In this document: one piece after another, positions 16,850 through 29,289 of the stretch
Layout of the letters: the number at the start of each line of letters is the position of its first letter
Position numbering within the stretch: the first letter of the stretch is position 1
From: the human T2T-CHM13v2.0 reference genome, Homo sapiens
Strand: one strand, 5' to 3'
NCBI RefSeq assembly: GCF_009914755.1
Contig: NC_060931.1
DNA length: 64,000 bases
Position numbers and translations under genes: made by a program
Notes under the pieces: generated by a model
Seen by the model: only the letters and a program-made list of their open reading frames with translations
What the model was told of the DNA's origin: nothing
Database searches by the model: none

Positions 16850-18130
16850 AGTCATTATTTTGTACACAAACTACCTATCTTGGCCTAGTGTAAGCCTCTT
16901 CAAATTGACTCTGTCTTTTTCATATATGAACCCAATCGTTTTTGAGAAGTGTCTCATCTTACTGCTCATCTAAAGATCCTAGGCAAGCTCTGTACATTTC
17001 TTACCTCTAACCTAGATTCACCCATTATTTTCAAGGAGCTTTGGGTGTGTGTGTGTGAAATATCATTTAAAGATCAGAATCCGGCCACTGAAGATACTCA
17101 ATCTTCCTGAATTGTCATTGCTGTTAGGGCTTTTTAGGGGACACAGCTAAGGAGCTATGCATTTTTGGAAAGAATAAAGAAAATGTTGACATTTTCCATT
17201 TGAGCTAAGATTATAGGGCTTTACAACTTCTTTGATTTCAGACTTGTATTTCTTTTTCACTGAGAATAATGGTTCCTAATGATATTAACACAATTACTTG
17301 TTTGCTTGGTTCTATAATATGCTTCAACTAAAACACGTTCAAAATAACAAAACTACCATTACAACTGACAATGTAGTTTATTTTACAATTCATTTTGTCC
17401 TTAGGCTCTATCCTACTAAGGACTTGCTGTCAAAGTTCTATGTATTGAAGTTACTTGAAATAATTCTTCTCTATATGGTTATGCAAATACTTTGGCATAG
17501 AGTTACATTTATTTGTTAAATTTCTTCTGATTTTTAAAATTATAATTTGTTTTAATACAAAACATTTACCTGGTTAGAAAGCCAAACTATAAAGCCAGGT
17601 ATATTGGGAAAAAAAACTCTAGATTCCATTTTATCTTCTCAATGCTGTTTTTTCGTACATCTATCTATAGGTAATCATTTATGTTAGGTTTTGGTTTGAT
17701 CTATTAATTGCTTTACTTTGAAAATATCAATAATGTGTGTGTGTGTGTGTGTGTGTGTCCTCCATACAGAAGACAGCATACTCTATACACTATTTTGAAC
17801 CATTTACTTTTCACTTAATGGTATATCCTAAATGTCATTTTATATAAATAAGCTGTAATTTTCTCATTTATGTTTATGGCTGCATAGTATATTTTTATAT
17901 GAATGTCCCATATTTCATTTAACTGATCCCTTGTTGTTCAAAAAATAATGCCATGATAAATAGCCTTATCGATATGCCCTTTTGTATTTTTCTAGTGTAT
18001 CTTTTAGATATATTTCTAAAAATGGGAATCCTGAGATAAGGATAAAATGGATTTATAATTTTCATAGATATGCCAAATTCCTTTTCATAGGGGTCATATA
18101 ATTATGCATCATCAGCAGCAATGTATGATT
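16850..18130 (-). mobile_element. Degraded L1MC/L1ME 3' fragments, containing (TG)n at 17734-17758
   Basis: Antisense old-L1 3'UTR motifs such as 'ccattattttcaaggagctttggg', 'tttatggctgcatagtat', 'gatatgccaaattcc'. Confidence 0.55.
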
Positions 18131-18259
18131 GTTTATTTTTAATAGATCCCTTTATTTTTAATAGTAAACATTTAAAAAGCAAAAAAGCAAAAGCCCACTA
18201 AATATTTTATGTCTTCAATTTCAGATTGATTTTAAAAATCCATAATTTTTTGTATGTTG

Positions 18260-19010
18260 TGTTTTTATTTTTGCTTGTTTCAAGGTATTTTAGGATTTCC
18301 TTTTTGATTTCTTCTTTAACTTTAGTTTTTCGGGTATGTGTTATTTAATTTTCATGTATTGGTGGATTTTCCAATTTTCCTTCTATTATTGTTTTCTAGT
18401 TTCATAGCACTGTGGTAGAAAGGATACTTGATATAATTCAATCTTTTTGAATTTGTTAAGACTTGTTTCATAACTTAATACATGATGTATACTGGAGAAT
18501 GTTCCACCTGCACGTGGGAAGATTGTGTATTCTGCTGCTGTTGGATGGAATGTTATGTATATGTCTGTTAGGTCCATTTAGTCTATGGTGTTATTCCAAT
18601 GTGCCCTTTCCTTGTTGTTTTTCCTGTCTGGATGATCTATCCACTATTGAGAGTAAGGTTACTTGAAAATTTTAAATCCATTAAGACTTATTTGATGACT
18701 TCGAATACAGTATAAGTTGGTAATTATTTTGTGTACCTTTGAAAATGTGTATTCTGTTATTATTGAATGATGTTTTCTATAAATGTCAATTAGGGCAAGT
18801 TGGTGGATGGCGTTGTCTAAATTTTCTATATCCTTACTGATTTTCTGTCTACTTGTTCTATTGCTTGTTGAGAAAAATGTATTAAATTATCCAACTATGA
18901 TTGCAGATTTTTCTATTTCTCTTTGCAGATCTATCAGTTTCTCTTTCGTAGATTTTTGAAGCTCTGTTACTAGGTGCGTGAATGTTTAGAATTACTATGT
19001 CCTCTTTCGA
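18260..19010 (-). mobile_element. L1M ORF2 endonuclease-region fragments (two overlapping pieces, junction ~18665)
   Basis: ORF 18386-18577 'MDLTDIYITFHPTAAEYT' is L1 EN. A second degraded copy of the same EN region follows from ~18670. Confidence 0.75.
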
Positions 19011-19129
19011 ATGCATTGAGCATTCAAAGTATCCGTAGAATTTTCTGTTTCATACACAAATATACTGTCAACCATTTTATATACAAAAGTTTACTCTGAT
19101 TCCACTTACATAAGTATATGCCTCTGCTG

Positions 19130-19330
19130 TTTAGTAGCTATATCACTTTGTGTGAGGTTTTAAACCTCTTTAAGCCTCAGTTTTCTTATTTTTTAAAACA
19201 GGAATAGTATGTTCTTCAAGTTGCTATGAAGATTAAGTGAAATTATATAGTAAAATTACTGACAATAGTATTAAAATCATAATATATACTCCATAGCAGC
19301 AACTGAATTTGTTATTGTTGGCATTATTAT
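19130..19330 (+). mobile_element. MIR
   Basis: 'aacctctttaagcctcagttttcttattt', 'gttgctatgaagattaagtgaaa'. Confidence 0.65.
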
Positions 19331-19889
19331 ATGCTTGGAAAACAGCAATTAATTAGAAATTAGAAGAACTGTGTCCTGATTTTGCCTGAACTGGCAATTG
19401 AGTATACAATTTTGGAAGACTTACTTCATTTAAGACAAAGATGAAGATGAGAAGAAGAAGAAGAGGAGGAAACTAAATAACATAATGAACCAATGTAATA
19501 TATTGAACTTAGATCTTGATTCAAACAGATCAAATCTAAACAGACATTTTTGAGAAAATTTAGAAAATTTAAACAGTCTGGTTATTAAATAATATTAATA
19601 GCTTATTCTAGTTATGTTATATTTAAGTATTTGTTGAGGATACATAAATTCCAAAGTATTTGTGAAGTGTCTGTATTGTTTTGGGTTTGTTTCAACATAC
19701 CCCACACCCAAATAAAAGTGCAAAGTCCCCCAAATAAAAGCACAGGGTGAGACAGATTAAACAAAATTAACAAAATGTTAGTTTGTTGAAACTGGGTGAT
19801 TCTGCTAATGGTTCATGAATTCTCTCTCTACTCTTGTTTGTTTAAAATTTTTGTAATAAATTAAAATTAAAAGAAGAAATACAGCAACA

Positions 19890-21070
19890 GTAAACATTAT
19901 TGTCCATAAATTGTTGTGATTGTGTATATTTATTCACTTAGGATAATTGCTTAGACGTGTAATTGCATATTTCAAGTTTTGACATCTGTTTCTAATTTGC
20001 ATTCTGGAAAAACGTGTCAGTTTATACTCCCTCCAACAATACATAAGAAAGCCAGTTTCCATTCGCTTGCCAATCTGAGTTTGATGAGTTTTTAAATTTG
20101 CCAACCAGAAAGGCAGCAATGTCTTATTTCATGTTTGCTTGAATTTGTTAGATTACTAATAAGGCTGAAACGTAAATAGATAGATAGATGTATTTACATA
20201 CTCAAATGTACATACCCATATACTGTAAATACAAAAATAAATGGTCAGCAAATTATATATATAATATATAAATATAATATATTTTATTATATTATATATT
20301 ATATAATATATAATATAATATATTTTATTTATATATTATATAATATATAATATAATATATTTTATTATATTATATATTATATAATATATATTTTATTATA
20401 TTATATATTATATAATATATATTTTATTATATTATATGTTATATATAAAATATATTATATAATATATTTTATATATTATATATTATATATTATATAATAT
20501 ATTTTATATATTATATATTATATAATATATAATATAATATATTTTATTATATAATATATAATATAAAATAATATATAAATATATATAATAAATTATATAT
20601 ATATATATATACACACACATACACATACACATACTCATCAAACTCAGATTGGCAAGTGAATGGAAACTGGCTTTCTTATGTATTGTTGGAGGGAGTATAA
20701 ACTGACACTTTTTTCCAGAACGCAAATTAGAAACAGGTGTCATATATATATATATAATTTGCTGACCATTTATTTTTCTTCTTTGGTTAATGGATTTGAT
20801 ATCCTTTTGTCTATTTTTTCAGTAATAATCTATTTTTCTTTATAATTTTAATAATTCTTTATATACTACAAACACAAGCTCTATCATTAATTGCAGGTAT
20901 TTAATTTTTATTAGCCTCATGTATGGTGTTTTTTGAAGTGTAAAAGTTTCCAACTTTTATGTAGTCGACATTAAAAATATTTACTTATTTATCTTTCTGG
21001 CTTTTATTTCAGGCTAAGAAAGGTCTTTACCATGTCAAGATTATAAAAGTATCTCTTTATATCTTTTTCT
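19890..21070 (-). mobile_element. Old L1M (L1ME-like) ORF2/3' fragment that hosts the inverted duplication and A/T tract
   Basis: Antisense L1M motifs 'cagtttatactccctccaacaatacataag', 'gattactaataaggctga', 'gaccatttatttttcttctttgg...atccttttgtctattttt', 'gctaagaaaggtcttt'. Confidence 0.65.
20250..20611. repeat. ~360-bp almost pure A/T minisatellite-like tract (unit about tatattttattatattatatattatataa)
   Basis: Direct reading; only one G (~20438) seen in the tract. It is followed by a CA/TACA repeat to 20632. Confidence 0.95.
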
Positions 21071-21241
21071 AGTTCTGTAATAATTTTGACAATTATATAC
21101 CTAGAAAATTACTTATGATTTCCATGTTTTGGTGTTTATTACCATAGAATAATAGAATTTATTTTTGTTTTTATTTTGTTTTATAGATTGTCTTCCTGGT
21201 TGATACTAATGTTATATATGGTTCTTTTTTATAAAATTAAT

Positions 21242-21643
21242 TGTTTTAGTTTGCTAGGGCTGTTATAACAAAATACTACAGACTGACTGTAGTATTTTGC
21301 CTGTAGTTTAAGCCTACTACAGGCTTAAACAACAGAAATATATTTTCTCACAATTCTGGGGATTAGAAATCTGAAATCAAGGTGTTGGCAGGGTTGGGTT
21401 TTTCTGAGACCTCTCTCTTTGTCTTATAGATGCCCATCTTCTCCTTGTGTATTCACATGGCCTTCTGTATATGCCTATGTCCTAAGTTCCTCTTAAAAAG
21501 ACACTAGTCATAGTGGATCATGACTTAATGTAATCAAGTTACCTCATTAAAGACCCTATCTCCAAAAACAGTCACATTTTGAGATAGTGGGAGTTACGAC
21601 TTCAACATATGAATTTTAGGGAAATGCAATTCAGCCCATAACA
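21242..21643 (-). mobile_element. MaLR solo LTR (MLT1A0/MLT1B-like)
   Basis: Antisense: 'tgttttagtttgctagggctgttataacaaaatac', 'ggcttaaacaacagaaat', 'aaagaccctatctccaaa', ends 'aattcagcccataaca'. Confidence 0.85.
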
Positions 21644-21993
21644 TTAAGTTAGCTTGAGAGTTATATATTGTATTATACTGGATTTTTTCCCTAAGTAGTA
21701 AGCTCTTGGCTTTCTCTAACCATTTTTTATTTGATTTGGTTTTTTGTTTTTTGAATTTTTTTTCTATTTACCTTTAATGTATCTAGAATTATTCACTACA
21801 ATAAACTAATGCTTTTAGACACATGTCATTTTCCTTATGCCTCAAATTCAATGTTTTTAGTATATTAGCACTTATATTTCCTTTCTAGTATATTGAATTT
21901 GCATGGTATATATTTTCCAGTCTTTTTTACTTTTAGATTTTTAAGATCACTGTTTCAGGCGGGTTTCTTGTAGACTACATAGTTTGTTTTCTT

Positions 21994-22303
<310 letters not shown>

Positions 22304-24849
22304 AGTTTGTTTTCTTAAACCCAAACTCCCAGTGTCCTTCTTTTAATTAAAGAGTTATCCCATTTTTATTTGTTGTTATGACAAATATGTTTGGTTATAC
22401 TTTTGTCATCTCATAAATTTTTAGTTTTTTATTAGATTATTTTCTTTGTGTTCTTATCTTTTATCACATAATTGCTATGTTGTCATTGTTGTTTTTTATC
22501 CCTACCTAAGCAATTTTGGAAGATATTTAAATAGATTTTAGCTCTATTTGTAGTTACTTTTTATTGAGCTAAAAACAATCTCTAAACTTTCTATACTGGA
22601 AATATCCTTCTTCACAGTAAACTTTTCATTGTTTAACTCTCCCTGTTTCTGTCTTCCACTGACCATAATCAAAGGCCTGAATTGTATGCTTATTCTATTA
22701 TTATTATAGTTTTTTGAACGATGCACTGGAATTTTTCTTTTAAGATCTTATATATGACAGCAAATGACCATTCAAGAACATTTGGATATCTTTTGCCATT
22801 TTATTTTTTTTTCCATTCTTAAAATAAAGACTTTTTTGCTCACAAGAAACATTCAAGTTTCTCATTATTCCCAGGTGGTTATGATTGTCTTGAAATGAAT
22901 AATAATCATCATGGGTCTGCCCCTACCTAGATATAAGGGTTATATTAAAAAGGGATATATTCTGTGAGGTTGCTACGTGGACAAATATTTTTTATCAGGC
23001 ATCTGCAATATGATGAATATGGCTCCTAATATCATTTATCTTAAGAAATTTCCTTCAGCAGATCCAGTTACTGTTTACTTACTGAGCAGAAGTGATGCTC
23101 TGGCTCAATACTCATACAGCTTTTGATTTCTGTACACACCTCTCACCTTCTAATCATACTGCTAATTTCCTGGCTCAATTCTCAGTCAGAATCTAACTTT
23201 CAATAAGAATATGTGTTGTCGGACAGTAGGGCTATAATCCCTTAAGCAGCATCAGCAATTGTCCTCAAAGCTCCCAAAGGCAGAAGGAGAATGGAATATG
23301 GCAGAATTTGAGATTTAAATGTCAGCTTTTTAATCAAAAATAAGTTGATTAAGTAAGCAGTCTTTGAGAAAGTGTTCATTTGACAAAGTAGACATATACC
23401 ATCTTCTCTCACATTTATTCTATGACTTAGAAAAGACATTTCTAATACAAGTCATTCTTTAGGCTATGCATCCATATAAATAGATATCAGAAAGGGCCCT
23501 GAGATACATAGATATCAGAGCTGGCTCCCTTTTTGCTTTACCAGGCTTTTATTTCCCACAGGCACATCAACAATGTGAGCTAAATGGTATCATTACACAA
23601 TTCACCTCTCAGTGCTGAAGTCAGGTGGCGACAGGGCTGAGTTTAGCAACCTTGAATGATAGGCTGGAAAGATATACAAAGAGGACTTGAGAGCTGATAA
23701 ATAGACTCAACTCTTCTATTTTTTAGATGGATTAACTCAAAACAAATCGGACTAATCTGAGACTTCACTTGAGAGCTGTATTAGTTTAGCTCTAAGTTAA
23801 AGCTGCCACTGAATAATGCCTAAATATCTTGTGGTCAATCCTTTAGGGTATGTCTCATTCAAATGTGCTGCCTCCATGATTTTTGTGCACTGTGATTAAA
23901 TTGTGAATTTGTTCTCTTTGACCTCTAGAAACTTTGGGAATTGTCTAAAAAGATTTTTGTTAAAATCAAGATTACATTAATAATAATTTATTATTAAATA
24001 ATTAATCATCAAGGGACATTACTCTATGTAGATTAATTCCATGGAAAGAAAAGTAATGAGCTGTAAATACACAGAGGAAAAGCAAGATTATAGAAAGAAA
24101 TATTAAATGTAGTAAATGCAAAAGAAAAAATGTGAGTATAGAAAATCCTCTGTGGAAAGGAAAGCTTGCACTGCGAGGGAAGACAAAAGGCAAAGGACTG
24201 AAGGACTTCTCCAACAAGGAATTACTGTAAACACTTTTAGAATATAAATGGAAACATACTCCAATTCTTGACTGATATTTGAAAGCTCCTAATTCAGGAA
24301 GGCAATTTTTTTTTCTGAGAAATTTCTCCAGGGATTGAAATTGCTCAATAAGAACATTTGTATATCCATTCTTGAAGCTTTGATTTCAAAAGTTAATATC
24401 TAGTCACCATATTGTGTAACTGTGAGGCAAGGAAAGAATTAGCCTTTAATGCTAATTACTTTCCTCCGATACTAGTATAACATTAATCTGGCAACTGGAA
24501 TTCTCTTAAAGTTGGATATTTTAAATTTTAAATTTCCAATTTAAAATTGGAAACCCCTGTATATTTCTTGCAATTAAAATATTTAATATCATTTTGCTAA
24601 TATTACTATGGAGTTATCAAAGTGATATCATTGTCAATGTTGCTCATTCCAAAGTGGAGTTACCAAACTAAACTTTCTAGAATCCTGCCAATATATCTGT
24701 GTGAAAACAGCTTTCCAAAGTGGGATTCCACTGAGTAGGATACATATAAGGAAGGAATTATGGTGAATGAGATGGGAAAAAGGAATATTTCAAATGTGAT
24801 CAGTATGATGTAAAATACTTTGTGCCAAGAAGAATTTGATACTAGAAAA

Positions 24850-25030
24850 GTCAGAATACTTGGGATTGAGAGTACCTCTGCTGTTCTACAGAGATGGGAA
24901 ATTTATTGGACCTCTCCAAATATCAGCTTCTCTTTTTGTAAAATGGGTTAGCACTACTTATCTCACAGGGTTATTATGAAGATTAGGTAAAATAATGTAG
25001 TTTAAAATGTTTTATAAGCTGTACAGCAGC
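24850..25030 (+). mobile_element. MIR
   Basis: 'tcagcttctctttttgtaaaatggg...tatctcacagggttattatgaagattagg'. Confidence 0.6.
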
Positions 25031-27444
25031 TGTTGTTATTGTTGCCACTGTGTTGTTATTTGTATATGCTTTATCAATAGTCCTCATCCAGGGCTATACA
25101 TAAACATCCATTGTGAAATATCTTCATAAATGCACATGCTTGGATTCAGTTTAAGTGTTGAAGGTGGGCTCAGTTATACCTATTTTGAAAAGCTATCCTG
25201 GCAATTTTGATCCTTGCTACGATCCATGGGGTTTATATTCTATTCTCAAGCCTCAGAATTTCTGGTCCCTAATGTTTACTACTACTGAGAACCAGAAGAC
25301 CACAGGAAGGCATTCTTTCTCCTTCAGTCCCAGAACTCAATCAATGGTATTTCATATCTCCTAAGTTTCCAGTGAATTGCAGAAATATGGAATTTACTGT
25401 ATGTAATGAGAATTTTAAATTTGGGGAACTTACAATTCAATAGTTTAAAGAATGTCAGGATTTTGCTCTCCTTCAAATCTCTAGCTTAACACCCATTTCA
25501 ATTCTGTTACCTACCTAAGTTCTCAGAAAACCCAATCTCACAGTTTCTTTCTTTGGCAATGGTCTATCCTAGAATATTTGTCATCTTTTTCTCCATGTTT
25601 CTGTTGGAAGCATGGAAGCATCAGGGTATGGGGTTCTATTTGCTGGTTACCCCATGTGTCCACATTTCTCAAAAAGAGTTGAAAGTTGCCCCTAAACACC
25701 TCTACACACACACACACACACAATTGCCAACAAATTCATTCACTTCCATGTATCTCTAGAGTCCACATACAATATACCAGGCACTAAGCTCCACTCAGGG
25801 AATACGCATAATCCAATTTTTGCTGTTGAGGACTCCCTGTTGAGTAGAACCACCAGACAGAAAATATAAATGCCAGCAGTTGCAATTTTAGGTAGACATG
25901 CAATAAAAGGAAGATGAAACGTATCTTTATCTTAATTTAAGGCAGGGATTCAATAGTGTACCAACCATAAACAAAACCTCACACCAAAAGCTTTGGTGAT
26001 TAGTATCAGTGGTATCAACTGAGAACTCTAACCCCTTTCAGGACTTATCTCTGTTTATTTTAACACCATTTATTATTCTTTCCAGAAAGTAAATTTCCTA
26101 ATTGGTGTGATACTTCCCTACCAACCCCATTTGTGCCATTTATTCATATAGTAATCTTTTGCCTGGCTAACTCCTACCTATCGAAGCTCACCTCAAGAGT
26201 CCCCTTCTCCTCAATGTCTTTTGTAATCCACCACTGTTCCCTAAATTTAGGCAAAGCCACCTCTCCTTTGCTCCTTCTTGCTAAACACATAGTATGCTAG
26301 GGAAAACTGCCTCCCAGATGCAGTTTTCAAGGTGCCTACTTAATTCATAAACATGGAAAAAATCTTAATTACTTTAACTTATATTTCCAGAACTCTTTCT
26401 GCTTCCCTTCTGAAGAATTATCAAAGTTTCATATTTCTCATTGTTTGTCCCAGTTTTTAAGCACTTCATTCTTACAATTTATCTTTTAAACTGGCTCAGA
26501 GTTTACAAACTAATATGAGATATCACATACTTCCGTGTGAAGAAACACATGAATCAATATGTATTTCAGACCCAAAACATTGTTTTTGCTGCAAGATGTC
26601 GAAGAAGAAGAGACCTTAAAGATATGGAAACGTGAGTGTGTGTGTGTGTGAATGCATGTCACCTATAAATGCATAACAAAAAATTTGTCCCTTTTTCAAA
26701 ATTATAACACCAAATCATGAAGTCTGAATCAGTGATTCCAATCTCAAATATGGGCTCATCATTTTAAAGGGGGACAAGAATATAATAAGATTAATTTATT
26801 TTAACATAAATATGTATATAAATATGTAATATTTGGAAATATTTTTTATATACAATTATTTGGTTGATGCAAAAAACAAGCAGAAAAGTAAATGCCATAT
26901 CCCCACTTTTTGTAATAATCACTATAAACACTTCAAACATTTCTAGACTCCTCCCTCTAAGCCTATAACAGACACACAGACACAAATCACAAATAGTTTT
27001 ACTTAAGTGGCATAACATTAATTTGATAATCCACTTTTTTCATTTAACAATATATTATAGATATATTTCCATCTATATCATAGATATAATGTTTACATAT
27101 ATAATAGTGGCATAATATTCTTTTGACTATATTTAGATCTTCAGAAGAAATAACAATGATATAATACACTGAAATAAGAGGACATCGGAACTACAGGGTA
27201 ATCCCAGACCTTTCCATGGCAGAAAATGTGGGCATTGAGCTATCTGGAAAGCCAAGCCAAGATTCTGTCAGGTCATAGTTGTTCATGCCTTGGCTGTGGA
27301 GGCCTCAAGAAAAGGAAAACAGATGCAGGATTGCCCTGCTCAACTCTAAACTCCATTTGATTCATCTGGCCTCTTCATCATTCCTGCTTTGATTTAATCA
27401 CCCATCCCCAGCATTTATTTATGTATGTACTTAACAAGTGTCAT

Positions 27445-27990
27445 TTTAAATTAACATGTAATAATTGTATGGGTATTATGATCTTTTGATACATATACAC
27501 ATTGTGTAATAATCAAATCGGAGTAATCAGCATATTTATCACCCCAAACATTTGTTATTTCTTTATGGAAAGAATATTCAAAATCCCCTCTTCTAGCTAT
27601 TTAAAAGTATACGTACATTATTGTTGACTATAGACAGTCTACTGTGCAATAGAACACCAGAACTTATTCCTCCTATCTAATGGTAACTTTGTAGTCATTG
27701 ATCAATGTCTCCTCATCCCCACTACCTGCTGCTCTCCCCAGCCTCTAGTACCACTATTCTATTTTGAACTTCTATGAGATCAATATTTTTAGATTCCATA
27801 TATGTGTGAGATCATGCTGTATTTGTCTTTCTGTGCCTGGCTAATTTCACTTAACATAATGTCCTCCAGGTTCATCCATACTTTTGCAAATGACAGAATT
27901 TTTTTCCTTTTTTATGGCTGAATAGTGTTCCATTGTGTATAGGTACCATTTGTTTTAATCCATTCATTCACTGATGGACACTTACATTGT
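27445..27990 (-). mobile_element. L1MA-type 3' end fragment
   Basis: Antisense 'attcaaaatcccctcttctagctattt', 'gtgcaatagaacaccagaacttattcctcctatctaa', 'gtatttgtctttctgtgcctggctaatttcacttaacataatgtcctccaggttcatcc'. Confidence 0.85.
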
Positions 27991-28313
27991 AACTTCTATT
28001 GATAACCACATGGTCTTTAACTTCGGTTTTGGTTTTGCACACACAACAGATAATCATAAATTCAGCCCAAATGAGTGGGTACCATAACATATTTTAAAGT
28101 CTCCACCAGAGGAAGAGCTAATGAAAACACAACCAATTAACCCAGTCATACTAAATAGCCAATAAAGACAACAGTGGAGTCAGAGGAAAAAGAAGACATA
28201 TACACATATACACAATGAACAAGCTCAAATAAATATTACGCCAAAGTCAATAAAAATTAGAAGTTTTTATTTAACAACATCACATGTAAATATTCACCAC
28301 AATTAATAGGAAG

Positions 28314-28936
<623 letters not shown>

Positions 28937-29289
28937 GGAAGTATTTTTAAAAAGGAATGAAAGAGGCCTTTCAGATCCTGTGCTGCGTTTGAAATCTGAA
29001 GTTCTGAGTCTGTCAACAGTCAGGAAAAGCATGTAGAATTTGTAGTTTCTGGTCCCACCATGAACTTTCCACTGTGAGAAAACTACCCCCATCCCCAACC
29101 CCAGCCACTGGGCCTAGGGTTCACCCTTATCACGGGTTCTTTTGAGATTAAAGCCTTTTAAACTTTCAAAATAGAAGACCTCCAGTCTCAATCCTCCACA
29201 TACCATAATACTGTGCACTTTCTTGTCCCTGATCCAGCCCCTCTTGCTTTATCCCATCCTTCATACTCTCCCATTAGACCTTCTCTAAT

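Noticed and set aside
24533-24553. Palindrome tttccaattt-a-aaattggaaa
   Set aside because: Real but short and AT-rich; plausible by chance in a window of this composition, with no supporting context.
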